Assembly: GCA_973895155.1 (NCBI GenBank)
Contig: OZ316899.1
Coordinates: forward strand, 5,955,241 to 6,019,240
Source: Marsupella aquatica
Taxonomy: Eukaryota; Plantae; Marchantiophyta
Length of the DNA stretch: 64,000 bases
Direction: 5' to 3'
Shown: positions 11,166 to 24,736 of the stretch, in pieces
Numbering within the stretch: position 1 is the stretch's first letter
Layout of the letters: each line of letters begins with the position of its first letter
Notes under the pieces: model-generated
Database searches by the model: none
Told to the model about the DNA's origin: nothing
The model's input: the letters and a program-made list of their open reading frames with translations, nothing else
Position numbers and translations under genes: made by a program

Positions 11166-13052
11166 CTCTTCATTGTCTCACCTCACAACAATCTGAATTT
11201 TTAGTTTGCGAACAATTTGCGAAGCTCACAAAATCTCACCGGACTCACAATTTCTATGAAGCTTTTCGTTTCTCAATATTTTTATACTATACTATTCGCA
11301 ACCTTGTGATGCAAATTCAATCACAAATTTCATATTCTCACCGTTTCGCAAATCTTCCATCCTCTGACATTCTTAAACTTGTCAAACAAATACTATCGCA
11401 AAACAATTTCAATCCAACCTTCTTCGCAAATATTTACATCAGTTAGTTTCGGCATCGGCGAGTGATTTTGGCATCTTCAGAAGGCGCCTTTCCATTCGGC
11501 GTGTTTTGGTAAAACTTGCAAAATAATTTACTTTGCAACGTATTAGCGATATAATGCGCTTCAAGTATTATCTTTGCGATAGAGATAGAATGGCAAATTG
11601 CGATGCGGGTTGATTCGCAAATTATGCCAAGCGCCGCGCATTGGAAATCCAAGAGCGTCGATAAAAATACCTTCACAAAAGTGTCAAATATGTTGTAGTG
11701 ATCAATTTTTGCAGCCATTTTCCTCTCTCTTGAATTCAATCTGAAACTGCATCATTCTCTATTGGATTCGAATGGCAGCAGGTCTATTCCAATCAACAGC
11801 ATCAAGGCAGCCAGCCAATTCTGATCAACATCCCATGCCTAAAGCTATAGCAGCTCAACTCAATTTCATAGCTGCCTCTTGATCCCAATTCGAAGCAAGC
11901 TTCTCATGTATTGACCCTTATGGTGTTCCTGACCTCGTGCTTGAGTAGCCCCGGCCTCGTGCTTAAGTCGTGGTCGCCGCCGACGCGGTTGACACTTAGA
12001 AAAATTTTGGATTTTTTTGTTGGGAAAATAGTATTTCCAGGCCATTTTCGACCGCCCCCAAAAATCACACATGAGTCCAAAATGACTTCTGAGTATATAT
12101 ACATATTCTCTGGACATAGAACTATGTCCTGGTTTACTAATATCTAAACAAAACCTTATCACCGATTTTCTAAAATTAGGTAAAGTGGGTCAATTATTAT
12201 GTTTTCCAAAATTCTTCTCACCTTTGAGATGCTCCCAAAAAGTAACCAAAGATACCCAGCTTCTACCACAAGTTTCCAAGGATAAAATTGACCATATTTA
12301 ACCCACTTCCAAACTTGGAACTCCTAAATTTACTCATCAGCTATTTTTCCCGGGACCCGCTATTTTGTTAATTTAAGTCCCACCAAAACACAAGGAAACC
12401 CTAGGTTGAGACCCCACTTGACATCTAACTTTTTAGGGGTGCTCTAGGGACCTCCTAGCATCTATGGGAAAAATATGAACCAAAACTAAGACTTCAAGTG
12501 TCGGGTTGTTTCCCCGGCTCGGAATAGTCACCTAGTCTAAATAAGGACGGAACGTTGTATGCCTCATCATAAAGACCTTTCTTATCCCTTGTCACTTGCT
12601 TAGAACTCATTAACCTTCCATTCCACTATCTTTCCTATTCTACCTACTTAAGTTCCTAAAACCTAGTTACTCCGATAGCACTTAAAACATCTTTCTTACT
12701 ATTCCTTGTTCAAAAAGCAAAAAAATGACAAGTTTCTTACATAAACCTATATCGAGCCATTCCACACACAGCGCCCGGCGCTAGCAATAATCGTGGAGAG
12801 TTCCTACCGCTACGAGTTTCTTATATTTACTCCTGTTTGTTTTTTTGGTGTCTTTTAAAAAAACCTCGCCTTCGGCGCTATTTTTTGCAGCGCCAGGTGC
12901 TACCAGAATTTTTTTTCAAAAGTAACTTGTCAGAAAAACATGCAAGAAAGAGCCATCAATTTTCCTGTTACCAATCTTTTTCCCTGTTACCAGTTTCCGT
13001 TATGAATGCGTGTTTCCTGTTTTCCTGCCTTTTATAAACACCTCACCCAGAC

Positions 13053-14350
13053 TAAGCAAGGACTTAATCTGGGCCCCCTTGTTGTGGTCCAACTTCTCAT
13101 AAATGAGTCCTTGGTCTTGAGTCAACGGACCCAAACCATCGTGCCCCTTGCACCAACCCGCGGCCCCCCCCATACAAAGTCGCACTTGCTCACCAACCTA
13201 ACCGCTACTCAACGATCCTCACTGCCTGCATAAGCAGCCAAGCACCTTGGTAAGTAACCCTTCAGGATCTAGAACTTGCCAAGTCTAGCATCCTAACTCA
13301 TGCTCAATAGACGTTGGTAAATAGGCCAGCCATAGGTCCTCCCGATGCCATAAGTCGGAACCACAACCCATGCCCACTGTTTGTCCAGAACAGCCCCTTC
13401 CTTGGGCGCGGCCTGGGTTCCCCCTTGTTCCTATCCATCACCAACTGACCGCCCTGACCCAGGATATGCTCATGGCCCAAATAGCATAGCTTATCCTAAA
13501 GCTTGTCCCAACGCGTCGGGACCAGAATGACCCTCACTCTAGCAATCAACTCCCGGTTCTTTCCCCACTAATGGTCCAGGGGCTAAGCATCCTTGAAACT
13601 CTACCTCCATGCCTACTTGGCCTTGCCTCCCCAACGCAAGCTCCCTTGGGAAACTGAACGCGGCTTGGCTGTTATTCGGCAGGATTTGGCAGTGAGCGAG
13701 CTAACACCCGCAAACCTCAAGAACTTATGGCATCCTTATACCTAGCTGATCTCAGGGGGACATAGCCCTCCTTGACATCTTTCCAACGCACCCAAGAAGT
13801 CCTCCAATGGACTTCCCATTGGGAAGATATTGTCATTTCTGTTTGACGCTTCCCCTTAGTGTCGCGTCCGCCGCGGCTCACAACTTTGGCTCGCCTTTGG
13901 CCCCCAAGGAGACACCACTCCCTTCATATATGCTTCTGGAGACCTGCCACCCACGGACCAAATTTGGTCCCTAAACTTTTGGCCTCCACCCCAGAACCTA
14001 TCGCGCATATTGGGCGCGCCATTAACTGACAATGCCCATAACTTTCTCGTTAGGCGTCCGCAAGCAGAGTGCCTTAGCCCGTTGTGATCAGGCTGACCCA
14101 GTGCTCATGCCTAGGCTGTCAGGTCTCATCGTCGCTTGGGGTCCCCGATCGGCCAAACCCGGATCAGGCCATAACTCACCCTGTCGTGAGGACTTAAAGT
14201 TATGGGCTCCTCGAGCAAACTGCGCGTTTTTGGCTGCGATTGGGACAGGCGACAAGCACTTTTCGGAGCAAACTCTCACTCCTTTATATTTTTTCTTTTC
14301 TCACAAAGGTTACAATAGGTGCCCTTGAGTAAGCTTGCCCGCAAGAGTCT
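13053..14350 (-). mobile_element. G1 retrotransposon leader and degenerate gag 5' region
   Basis: Continuation of 1-655 across the MULE-1 TSD. Same GC-richer composition; no long intact ORF. Confidence 0.55.
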
Positions 14351-14386
14351 GGTAGCTGGCCCTACGGCGGGCCGCTACCTCTAACT

Positions 14387-16729
14387 TGTCGAGTAGAACT
14401 CCTCGAGTGACTAACTACTCAAAATCTGAAGGAAAAACTATCCTCCTTAGCTCACAAAACCAAAACTCGACTAGCTACTTCACTAGTCTAAAACAGCTCA
14501 CACGGAACTCGGGCCTAGACCAACAAGGCTCCAAACTCGAGAAATCCTGGTCTAGATCAACGAGACTCATCAATGAGCGTTGTCATGAGGTTTCCATCCT
14601 AAAGGAGGAATCCTCATGTTTTGTGAAGGAAGTTGAAACCAATTTTGCTTCTAACTTGGGCAAGTTGACTTGACTTGAGCTAACTTGACCAAGGTGAAGG
14701 AGGAAGTAAAGTTATGAGGGTCAAGGTAGGGATGAGGTCGAGCCTATCCACCCTTGTTACTATTGTGGGGTATGTTTTTCATTTGTGACCAGCGATTAAG
14801 TTATCATTTGGCGGATCGGCGGAATGGAGGTTGCTTGCTCGACAAGCAAGGTATTTAGGGTTTTGGCAACATGGTGACCAGGTTCATTGAATACATGGAG
14901 GAGATGACCAGGTTCAAGGCATGTAAGAGGGTTTGGACCAAGTGCATCAGTTTTGTGAGATTTGGACCAGATTCAGATTTTTATGTTAAATGGACCAGAT
15001 TCAATGTATCTACTTCAACGGTGGATCTTGGTTTTGGTTAATGGATGGTTTGGATTGAAGGTGGAGATGTGAGTTAGGGCTTGGTGGAGGTCGTGGCTTT
15101 TTCAAAAAGGTCGAAGCTCTTTTGGTTTGCAAGTTACTAAGGAGGGGTTTTTTGGCTCATTTTTTGCCGTTTGATCTAATTGGTGTGAGATCGAGGACTG
15201 TGATTCAACGAGGATTAAAACCATAAGTGGAGGAGCTTGTGGGTGCCCTGGGCCTTCCCACGTGGATACTAAAGGAGGAAGTTTGAGTGGCCAAGGGTTC
15301 GGAGGTTAGATGCTGCTGAAGTGCTGCCGTTTTGCCGTTTTGGAGTGTTAAGTCCCATTTTTAGTTGAAGGAGCGAACCTCTTGAGGGGAGCTCGAGCAT
15401 GAGGCATGAGTGAAGGGGGAGCCTTGGCCATGGCCTTAGGATTTTGAGGGTAGGAGATGTAGAGGCAATTTTGTGAAGAGATAGATGGAGTAGAAGCTTT
15501 GAATGTGAAGAGATTGAGTTTTGTGACGGTTTTTCTAGGGATTTGGAGAGAGGTTTCGAATGTAGGAGAGGTTGACTTGAAGCCTTAGGAAGGAGGTAGG
15601 ATGTGAGTAGGAAGTATAAGGAGCTTGCATGAGAGATTGCCCACAAGAAGGCATACTCGAATGTAGGTTTGTTGCTTCAAGTTTTGAGGAGAATGGACTT
15701 GTAGGAGATTTTCAAAAGCTTAGAGGAGATGAGACCTAATCTTGTTGAAGCTTGGGAGTCTTGCATTAGAGATGGCTCACTAAGAAGGCCTACTCTCTTG
15801 TAAACTCCTTGACTTGAAGCTTCGAAAGTAGATTTGGTTGATAGAAGGAAGTATGAGAGAAGGAGACTAGGGTTTTGAAGCTTGGATAGGCTATGGAGGG
15901 ATTTTGAATGCTTGGTTGATGATTAGACTTGGTGATGATTCATTTTTGCTAGGAGGGTCTTGCTTGTGACCCATGTTTTTACTTGGAGGCCATGATGCTA
16001 CATGTGCCTTCTTGCTATGCATTTAGAGGAGAGGTATCCTCGTTTTTGAGATGTGTGTTGATGCCTTGCTTTGGCTATGAGTGATGGAATGGTTAGAATG
16101 AATGTCTTCATGCCATTTTCGAATGTTGTTGTGAGCTTGAAGGTGTTTTTGAAAGTAGATGGGTTGAATGAAGGTACTTTTGAAAGTAGTTATTATGCAT
16201 GAGGGAAGTTGCAAGAGTAAAGAGTGAAGGCATTTTCGATTGATGAAATGGGTTGTTTGTGGATTATACTTGGTGGTTCTACTAGAGGAAAGGACTAAGG
16301 TCAATTCCATGTTTGTTAAGGAGTTTGTTGACCAACCCTAGGTCACTTTTCGAAAGTAGTTTCCCATGTTTTGAAAGTTGGATGTTTGAATGGTCCATAG
16401 AGATGCCTTGCATACCTTTGGATGTCCCACTTGTCTTAGCCACAACCAAGAGTGACCCTTAACTTGACCACATTGAATGTACACTTGAACTTGTGTACCT
16501 TAGAAGGTTGCAAGGGATTGTGTGCAATCAAGTGTTGGAAAAGGAATGGTGACCAATTGAATGTTGGGCTTAGACTTATGAGGATTACATTGGGAAGCTT
16601 GAACTAGTTATTTTGATTGTGATTGGATATGAGTATGTAAATGGCTTGAGTTTCGAAAGCATGCATGCTTGCTTGCTTGTGATAATGTGGATGAAAGGAA
16701 GTGCTTAGGGTCTACTTTATCTTGTTTGC
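14387..16729 (-). mobile_element. Probable long 5' LTR of G1 (boundaries tentative)
   Basis: Non-coding and strand-skewed, with an internal ~170-bp imperfect duplication (about 15530-15900). Lies upstream of gag, with candidate TG..CA ends. No partner LTR in the window. Confidence 0.4.
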
Positions 16730-16814
16730 AACCGTTTCCTATCTCAAGCAGCCATACACCCTGCGTGTCCCTTGAGCCTCTTTTCCCACCTCTTTGCTTA
16801 TCCTCAGGACAGCG

Positions 16815-18860
16815 CTCTTGGTTGGGGAACTCCATAAATTATGGGGGGGTGTATGGGCATATGATGGTCGGACAACTACAGGAGGGTTACCACGTGTCTT
16901 CCAATTGAAGGGAATCATTATGTGGACCATGCATGACTATCCAGGTGAGTGGTATGGATTTGTATTTTTTTCATGTATTGGAGATCAAGTTTGTTTGGAA
17001 GGAAGTCCCTCTTTAATTCTATGTACATGAACTTTTCAATTCCTTTGACTCTAATTGAGAATGTTATTTTGTGAGCAGGGTTTGGGTTTGTTTCTGGGTT
17101 CCAAACTCAAAGGTACAAGGCATGCTCCACTTGTGGTCCAAGCCTTCACGATATTGCCAAGTACTCAAAATGGCTGCACAAGATAACCTACCTTGGTCAT
17201 ACCAAGTTTCTTCCACTTGGGCATCACATGAGGTCTGACCCCCTTTTGTTTTCAGACTTTGACATGATCAATGGTGATCAGCGTGAGATACCTGACCGCA
17301 CAACATTTTCGTATTGGAAATCCATAGTTGATAGGGTGGCAGACCCTGAAGATGCCATGGGATTTGATGGTAGTGGATTGACAAGGTGGAGTATACTGGC
17401 CACTTTGCCCTATTGGCCTGAGTTGAAGATTCATCACTTGTTAGACCCCATGCATATAGAGGGAAATATTGGGAAGGCTTTGATCAAGCACTTTTATGGG
17501 GAAAAGAACATTAATTTTAGGGAGGCATGCCAGGATCTAGAACGACATCCAGATGTATGGATAACAGTTGATGAATCCACAGGGATGGAACATCGTCGTT
17601 TACTACAACATATACTTCCTGTGGCAATCATAGGTTTGGGGAGTGAAGAAGTGCAAGACGCCCTTTGGTCACTGGGCACTTTGTTGAGATGGATATGCTC
17701 AAAGGAAATATATGAAGAAGAGATACCACGGATGGAGGTATTGCAGCAGAGGTGGTATGCAAGTTGGAGAAGGCCCTCCCTCCTTCCTTCTTTGATTGTC
17801 AGGTGCATCTTCTCGTTCATCTTGTGAGGGAGGTTGCCATTGCCGGTCCGGTGCATTGTAGGTGGATGTATTGGCTGGAAAGGTATATGGCCGTGTTAAA
17901 GGCTTATATATGGAACCGTGCACGAGTGGAAGGGAGCATGGCAACTGGATACTTGGCAGCTGAGAGTATGTTTTATTGTAGTAACATCTTAGCTACCATT
18001 GATCCTAGTTGTCCACGCACTTGGATGGAAGAGAGGGAAGTGGAGGAGGACCGTTTAACAGGTGCAAAAAAAACACGCTTACTAACCGCAGTGGAGTTGA
18101 CACAGGTTAGTACTTTCATGTTGAGTAACAGCACTGTGATGGAAGATTGGAGAGAGTTTTATGAGGATGCAAAGAGGGAGAGTCGTCGCCCAAGGATCTT
18201 TCCAAAGTTCCTTGAGTATATGAAGGAGAAAGTACTTCAGTTGGATGCTATGGTGGCCCAAGGTGAGAATGTATCACATTTTCCAGATATGACTCCTGAG
18301 GTTTGAACAATTGTTCATGGTCCTTTAAGACTTGTTCAGACCAGAACAGCAATGTGGACACAAGGGAGGCATTTCAGGATTTCTGACCTTGATGAGAAGA
18401 GGGGAAGAACTTTTGATTGTGGAGTTCAAGGGCAGTTCATGCAAGATTCACAAAGTAGCCGTCATGACACTAATGTGATCAGAGATGTGGTGCCTCACTA
18501 TGGGAAGATTGAGGAGATCTTGATCATATCCTATGATGCCGATTCCAAATTTGAAGAGTATGTCTTCAAGTGTAAGTGGTTCAAAATTCACCTGGTTGGT
18601 GATAATCGCACGGTACTTCTTGATGAGTGTGGGTTTACTCAATTGAAGACATCAGCAACTAGCTTTTAACCATCTCATTGGCAAACATCTGAACCATTTA
18701 CATTCCCAAGTCACCTTGAGCAGTGTTTCTATATTCCGTACCCACCAGACCCAGAGTGGTTAGTTGTTATACCGTATGTGCCACGGTCCCGTTCCATTAT
18801 CTCGGAAAAACCTGACGTTATTATTGTGTCAAATGGAGGAGAGGATGAGGACCAGGTTTG
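16815..18860 (+). pseudogene. tnpD: CACTA TnpD transposase, 3' two-thirds
   Basis: WTMHDYPG, LDPMHIEGN, PPSFFDCQVHLLVHL, RWMYWLERYM, FKCKWF. Internal deletion near 17590, plus frameshifts and stops. Confidence 0.92.
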
Positions 18861-19615
18861 ATGCACTAGTAGTAAAACTTGTTGTGGGCCCAGAATTTGA
18901 CCCTAAACTAACTATCATGGTTTTATTTATATTAACATATTAATTTTCTTCTTTTGTTTTACAAACACTTAATTGGACTTTGAAATTTCATCTCACTGTT
19001 ATATATGCAACCCTAGCCGTTTCCAAATCTATCCTCATGCATGCCACCTTTTTGAAAACCCTAGCTGTAACCTAAACACATGCATTCTCCATCTTGTAAA
19101 GAAACTCTCTCAAACATTTCCATTCTACAAACTTTTCAAACAACTCTCTTTGCAAAACATTTTCAAGCTTGTCAAGAAGCAACTTCTGAACACTTTGTGA
19201 ATAACACACCATCGGTAATTGTGATGCCAATGGGTTCTCAACTTTGCGAATCAACTGGCTTCGGTAACTTGCGACTATTTATACTTCACAATATTGTGCG
19301 AAGCTAATAGGTTCACAAGTATATTTGAGTACATTATTATCGCTAAATTATGAAACAAAAGAGATCCAAATGCAGTCGCGATGGTCGCGGATCCACAAAT
19401 ACTTTGCGAGATGAATAGTATCTAAAAGAGTTGCGAATTCAATTTGATCTCAAACAAATTGCAAGGTATTTAGCTTCGCAACACTACGTTGCGAACCTTT
19501 GAGTATGGTTTATTGTGATGCGTGTTTGATCACAAAATATCTGAAGTCGATGACATGGCAAGACCATCCCGGCGTAAAAAAAAAGCTTTGCAAAAGGGGC
19601 CAATATGTAGTAGTG
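16815..19615 (+). mobile_element. CACTA transposon C2 (relative of C1); right end intact, left half deleted; inserted in the 3' LTR of G2
   Basis: Terminus ...ATATGTAGTAGTG at 19615, followed by AATAGTGCAATCC, which is uninterrupted at 31978 in the other LTR. TTCGCAA subterminal repeats. Confidence 0.85.
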
Positions 19616-20250
19616 AATAGTGCAATCCTTTCGAGCTTCTCCTGTGGGAGTAGACAGTCTCCATACCAGTAGAGTTGACTGAGGTAAGCTGGGAGGTATG
19701 TTGGCTTTCCATTCTGTACAACATTGATTTGACTGAGGATGGTGTGTCTCAGTAACAATCCCCAATTAACTTCAGCAAGTCCTTTCCATGAAGTAACAAA
19801 TGTGTTTGCTAAAGATACAGGTACCATATATGGTCGAGTGGGATGAAAAATTGGTACCCGAAACTCAAGGATGATCTGGAAGGTATAATCAATACATTGA
19901 TTAAGCTTCCATCCAGCTTTTGTATTTCTTGTCCCAGCGAACATTGGATCAGATAAAGTACTCTTTCCAGATTGTAAACCACAGCCTTCTAATGAACAAC
20001 TAAAAGCGTCGGCCACGAACTCTAAGTCCCACTTCTCGGGATCTGCTCGAACAGTCTCATGAAACACTTCTGGAATTTGTGACCCATCAACGAACTCGCG
20101 CAAGTAGGTAGGACACACAGAAGACCACGGAATGGATAGAAGTTTTCCCAGGTGCATAACTTCTAGAGCATCGGTCAATAACATCAAATCCCTCTCGAGT
20201 GCGGGGTACTTCACCGGTATAGCTCTAGGAACAGGGAAGTCGCAACTCAT
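19616..20250 (-). CDS. LTR-borne accessory ORF of G2 (uncharacterised), truncated by C2
   Basis: Open frame MSCDFPVPRAIP...LLSIPW...REF...LEFRVPIFHP...VNWG...YLPAYLSQLY. The same ORF is present in the 5' LTR. Confidence 0.65.
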
Positions 20251-20769
20251 CTCATCCACGCCCACAGCTATGGTTCTTGAAGTTGAGTCACTTACAAAAA
20301 TCTAAGTCGCAAAACGATGACGCGTATTGGCGTGATCGCACATGAGCGTATAAATGCCACAACGCTCAAGCGTCTTTGCGTATGGGCGTGAATGTCGAGG
20401 CCTTTGGTAGCAAACAGGGAAGTGAAAATGTTTGTCGCGAGCAGGTGGTCTAGTGAGTCACTCTGTTACTTCCTCCTCATCGTCGACGGCTACTTTCAGT
20501 TTCCGGCAGGGTGGGCTGCATATACGCGTCTGAGCACATTAGCGCATAAGTGCCTACGCGTTGGAGCGTCTTAGCGGATTAGCTACTACTATGACTCCGA
20601 TTTGACATGGCTGTAAAAGTAACTAGTTTTAGGAGACTACAGGGATGTACTTGAGGATGGCTTAACTACTCTAATGCTCCTAATTAATATAGATAACATG
20701 AGGCGAATCACTACTTATCTCAAAAAGTTCAAAGTTTTCACATAAATTCTGAATAACTGCTATATCACA
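19616..20769 (-). repeat. G2 3' LTR (truncated by CACTA C2)
   Basis: Starts TGTGA right after PPT+CTA. Near-identical to 31978-32823 apart from 275-bp and 40-bp indels. Confidence 0.85.
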
Positions 20770-20772
20770 TAG

Positions 20773-20782
20773 CCCCTTCTTC
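20773..20782 (-). other. Polypurine tract of G2
   Basis: GAAGAAGGGG followed by CTA|TGTGA, just after the end of integrase. Confidence 0.8.
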
Positions 20783-20807
20783 AAATGGCGATGTGTCCTC
20801 ACAAGCC

Positions 20808-23800
20808 TTAATATTGAGGGACGAAATACTTCTTACCACGAAACCCATTAATTCTGGTATCGAGTTCTTGTCTGTCCAGGGTGGTGAGAGTAAGAGAGCC
20901 ATTTTCCCATATTTTAGTGACATGATATGGGCCGAGCCAATGAGTATGTAACTTTCCAGGGAATAACATATATCTTGAATCAAAAACAAGAACCAAATCG
21001 CCTGTTGTGATATGTATTGTCTTTAGTTTTTGATCATAACTCAGTTTTCTTCTGGACTGTTGAGTATTAGTTTCTTGAAGGGCAAATAAATGCTCTTCTT
21101 CCAATAGATCCAGGGTATCATATCGACAGTTTAAGCTGTCCTCTTCGTTCATCCTCTTCTCATCCAAAATTCTATGAGTAGGAATCTCAAATTCAACTGG
21201 GACAATACTATCTAATCCATATGTAAGAAAAAATGGAGTTTTCTTGCTGGTTATCTTTTCTGCTGTTCGATATGCCCACAGTGCTGAGGCTAATTTGGTA
21301 TCCCAATCAACCTTGTGAGCAGAGACCATTTTATTCAAAATCTTACCCATATGCCGTTGGCTCTCTCTGTTAATCCATTGGCTCGGGGGTTGTATGGTGT
21401 GGTCTTTCGATGCTTAATAAGGTATTTGGAAGTAATAAGCTCAATAGTTTTATTCAAGAAATGTAAGCCCCTATCACTCACCAGTAATAATGTGGTCAAA
21501 TAGGAAAGCAGCTGCAGTGTCTTCGTTGTTCAGCCTAGTATGTTTAGCTTCAACCCATTTTGTGGCATAGTCCGTTGCTAAAATAATATACCGACTTCTG
21601 CTATATCTAGCTGCAGGAGTTATGGGTCCAATCATTTCTCAAAGGGGGCAAGAGGTAATATTGGAGTCAAAGGCCATTTGGAGGATGCAGTTGGTTTACC
21701 TATCCGTTGGCAGGGATCACAACTTTTAATGAACTGATAAGTATCCTTGTGCATCGTCGGCCACCAAGAACCGGCATCTTTAATTTTTTTAACAATGGTA
21801 TTAACCGCAAAATGCCCTCCACTTTGCTCTGTGTGCATAGCAGGAATTACTCGGGATATTTCTCGGTTTTCCAAACACCGGTGCAACTTTTGGTTGGGCA
21901 GTAATTTAAATAGAATTCCTTTAACTAATGTATAAGGACCAACTTTATGCATAAATACTGATTTCTCTTCAGCCGTAAGTCCAGGTGGATAAGTTCCATG
22001 AGTGAGCATTTGAACTATATCATAATATTTAGATTCCTCTCCTTCAATATGCCAGATATGCCCATCAGGGAAATTATCTTCTAGAGGTTCTGCACTCTCT
22101 TGACCAGGTAAGCGGGAGAGAAAGTCAGCAATATCATGATGCTTACCAGCTCGGACTTCAACCTCATAATCGAATTCTTGTAGAAGGAGTACCCACCTTG
22201 CTATCCTGCCACTTAAATCCGCCTGATTGACTAAGTATTTAAGGGAAGAATGATCTGTATGAAAGATGGTCTTATAGCCCAACAAATAGTGTCTGAATTT
22301 CTTACAAGAAAATATTACCGCCAAGGCTTCTCTCTATGTTACTGTATAGTTCTTCTCAGCAGAGTTCATTTGTCGACTGGCATAATAAATAGGGTGGTCC
22401 TTTTTATTTTCGTCAAGCTGACTTAAGGCTACTCCAACACAAAAAGCAGACGCGTCTATATATACATGAAAGGGTTTTTCCCAATTTGGTGGCTGAAGTA
22501 TGGGGGCAGAGGTCAGTTTGCTTTTCTAGGCATCGAAAGCTAGCTGACGATCCTCAGTCCACATATAATCTATGTCCTTTTTTAATAGCTGGGTGAGGTT
22601 CATGGCTAACTCAGCATATTTATGAATGAAGCGTCTATAATACCCAACATATCCGAGGAATGCCCGAAGCTCTTTCAAATTACCTGGAGGTTGTAAGGCT
22701 TGAATAATGTGAACCTTTTCAGTATCCACCTCAATTCCTCTTTGTGATATGACATGATCTAGAAGAATTCCTTCCTTCATTCTGATAAAGCATTTATCTG
22801 GGTGAAGGCATAGCTGGGACTCTCGACATCGCTGAAAAGTTTGCTCAAGATGATGTAAATGAAGTTTTGCAGCTCCATAAACACAGAAATCATCTATGAA
22901 TATTTCTAAAAAAATTCTGAGAAAATCCTGGAAAATAATCATCATGATTCTTTGAAAGGTGCCTGGTGCATTACATAAGCCAAATGGCATCACCCGAAAT
23001 GCATAAGTTCCCCAATCTGTGGTAAAGGTTGTTTTATCTTGGTCCTCTTCCCTGATGGATACTTGATTGTAACCCGAGTAGCCATCTAAAAAGCTGTAAA
23101 GTTCATGAAGAGCCACCATATCCAATACCATATCAATGAAAGGTAAAGGGTACTAATGATCCTTCCGGGTGGCGTCATTAAGTTTTCTGAAATCCTGACA
23201 TACTCTGATCTTTGGTTTACCATCAGGTCCAGGCTTCTTTGGAACAATTACAATTGGTGATACCCATTCACTACTGAGTACTGGATAAATGAAGCCGGCT
23301 GATAGTAACTTATCAAGCTCCTCCTTAACCATAATGGAATACTTTGGATTTAGTCGATACTGGCATTGTCTTATTGGTATAGCCCCTGGTAACAGATCAA
23401 TTCTATGTTCTCCCAGTTTAGGGTGTATACCTTTAAGGTCAGTATGACTCCAGGCAAAGACATCTCGATATTGTTGTAGCAAGGAAATATACTTCTCTCT
23501 TAATTCCCCTTGTATATGGTCACTAATATTTAAAAACTTTCCTGGCTCAATCTCCACATTCTGACACTTCCGCGGGTCAACAATCACATCAGTTAAATTA
23601 GCAGGGGTTTTCTCCCATGATCCCTCCAAGGCTAGTAGGTCACTGTCAGATCCCGACCCCCTGGTTAATTGTCATTTTGGAACTGACCCAGTATTTTCTT
23701 CTTCTGTCTCAAATACTGAGAGATAGTTAACCTCTGAGAATTTGTGAGTAGTAGTTAGTAGATTAGAATCCAAAAAATCAGAGGTATATCCGTCATCACT

Positions 23801-24708
23801 TTGTGTTTCTCCTGATATTGGTCATTTACCCAGCGTAAGGTCACTTTAGGACTCCCAAAAGATAATTCCTGATTCTTCCAGTTCACGTTTACCTTGGCTT
23901 TATATAACCATGGCCTGCCTAGGAGTACTGGGAAACTAGAAGGTATGTCTGGGTTAATCACAATATAATCCAATAGAAAAGTAAGGCCAGTGATGTCAGT
24001 GGGTACCTTCAACAATCGCCCTTTAGGAACCACTCTGGATTGATCAGCCATTCTCAATATCTTAGGTGTATGCTCAAACTTAGTGTAACCCAATTTAAAT
24101 GCTGTATCTTGAGTCATAAGATTCACACTTGAACCTCCATCTATAGGAACTCCAGAAATTACACAACCATTAATTTGAATATCAACTTCAGGGGGTCCTT
24201 TATCAATCCATTCCAGTCTTCTCACATCAACCTCCGGCAATTTCCTCCTCCGCCGGGGTCTGGTGACGAGGCTTTTAAGCTGTTTCCGATAAATAGGATT
24301 GTCTTCTAATAATTCTCCCATAGTGATGTTAGCCAAATGATTTTTGACGACTTCAACAATATCATATGCACTCTTTTGGGGTACTATCTTGTCCATATTT
24401 TTCTTAATAAATTCTTGTGTTTCAGCAGGTTTAACTTTCACAGTAAGTTCCGCAATTTGAGCTTTTACCTCATCAGAGATATCTGGGGCGTAATATTTTG
24501 GGTCATTTCGGTCATAATCAGGGTCTTGTTCTTTTGGTAAACCTTCCTCTGCAGGTCTCCTTTCCTTTTTCTCCGGTGATTTGGATTGCCGCTTCTTCTT
24601 CCCTTTCCTTGAATCTGATACTTCTTTCCCCTTAGTGTGGGATCTGGTAGTGGCAAAAATATCTAAAACCCTATCTCTCTCCTGGATTCTCTTATTGGGA
24701 GTACCCAC
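20808..24708 (-). pseudogene. pol: G2 pol: protease, RT, RNase H, integrase
   Basis: PIDGGSSVNLM...VLLGRPWL; WVSPIVIVPKK, LDGYSGYNQ, MPFGLCNAP, IFIDDF; TDHSSLKYL, RWVLLLQEFD; H..GGHF...CDPCQR; TPFFLTYG, KLHTHWLGPY. Several frameshifts and stops. Confidence 0.95.
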
Positions 24709-24736
24709 AACATTTGGTTTAACCAGCTGACTTACT

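Larger units (their letters stand above)
3860..11700 (+). mobile_element. CACTA (En/Spm) transposon C1; right end intact, left end deleted
   Basis: Terminus ...ATATGTTGTAGTG at 11700 (reverse complement CACTACAACATAT). TTCGCAA subterminal repeats. Contains tnpD and a divergent TnpA-like ORF. Left boundary approximate. Confidence 0.85.
664..13044 (-). mobile_element. Mutator-like DNA transposon (MULE-1), internally rearranged and containing a nested CACTA
   Basis: Perfect 8-bp TSD ACCCAGAC at 656-663 and 13045-13052. Ends GGGTATAGC... and ...AAACACCTC match the ends of the two MITEs. A MULE transposase remnant lies inside. Confidence 0.9.

Noticed and set aside
10927-11446. ORFs of 63-158 aa on both strands
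   Set aside because: Produced by the CT-rich low-complexity tract.
11701-12760. Possible LTR end (GGTTGACA near 11995) and another DNA-element terminus
   Set aside because: No partner repeat, TSD or coding evidence, so it cannot be classified.
14351-14385. Hairpin plus CTAA as a Helitron 3' end
   Set aside because: Spacing is too short, there is no following T, and no Rep/helicase or TC 5' end was found.
18864-19615. CACTAGTAGTAAAAC just after C2 tnpD as the left end of a small CACTA
   Set aside because: It does not match the 19615 terminus beyond CACTA, and the flanking triplets (ATG vs AAT) are not a TSD.
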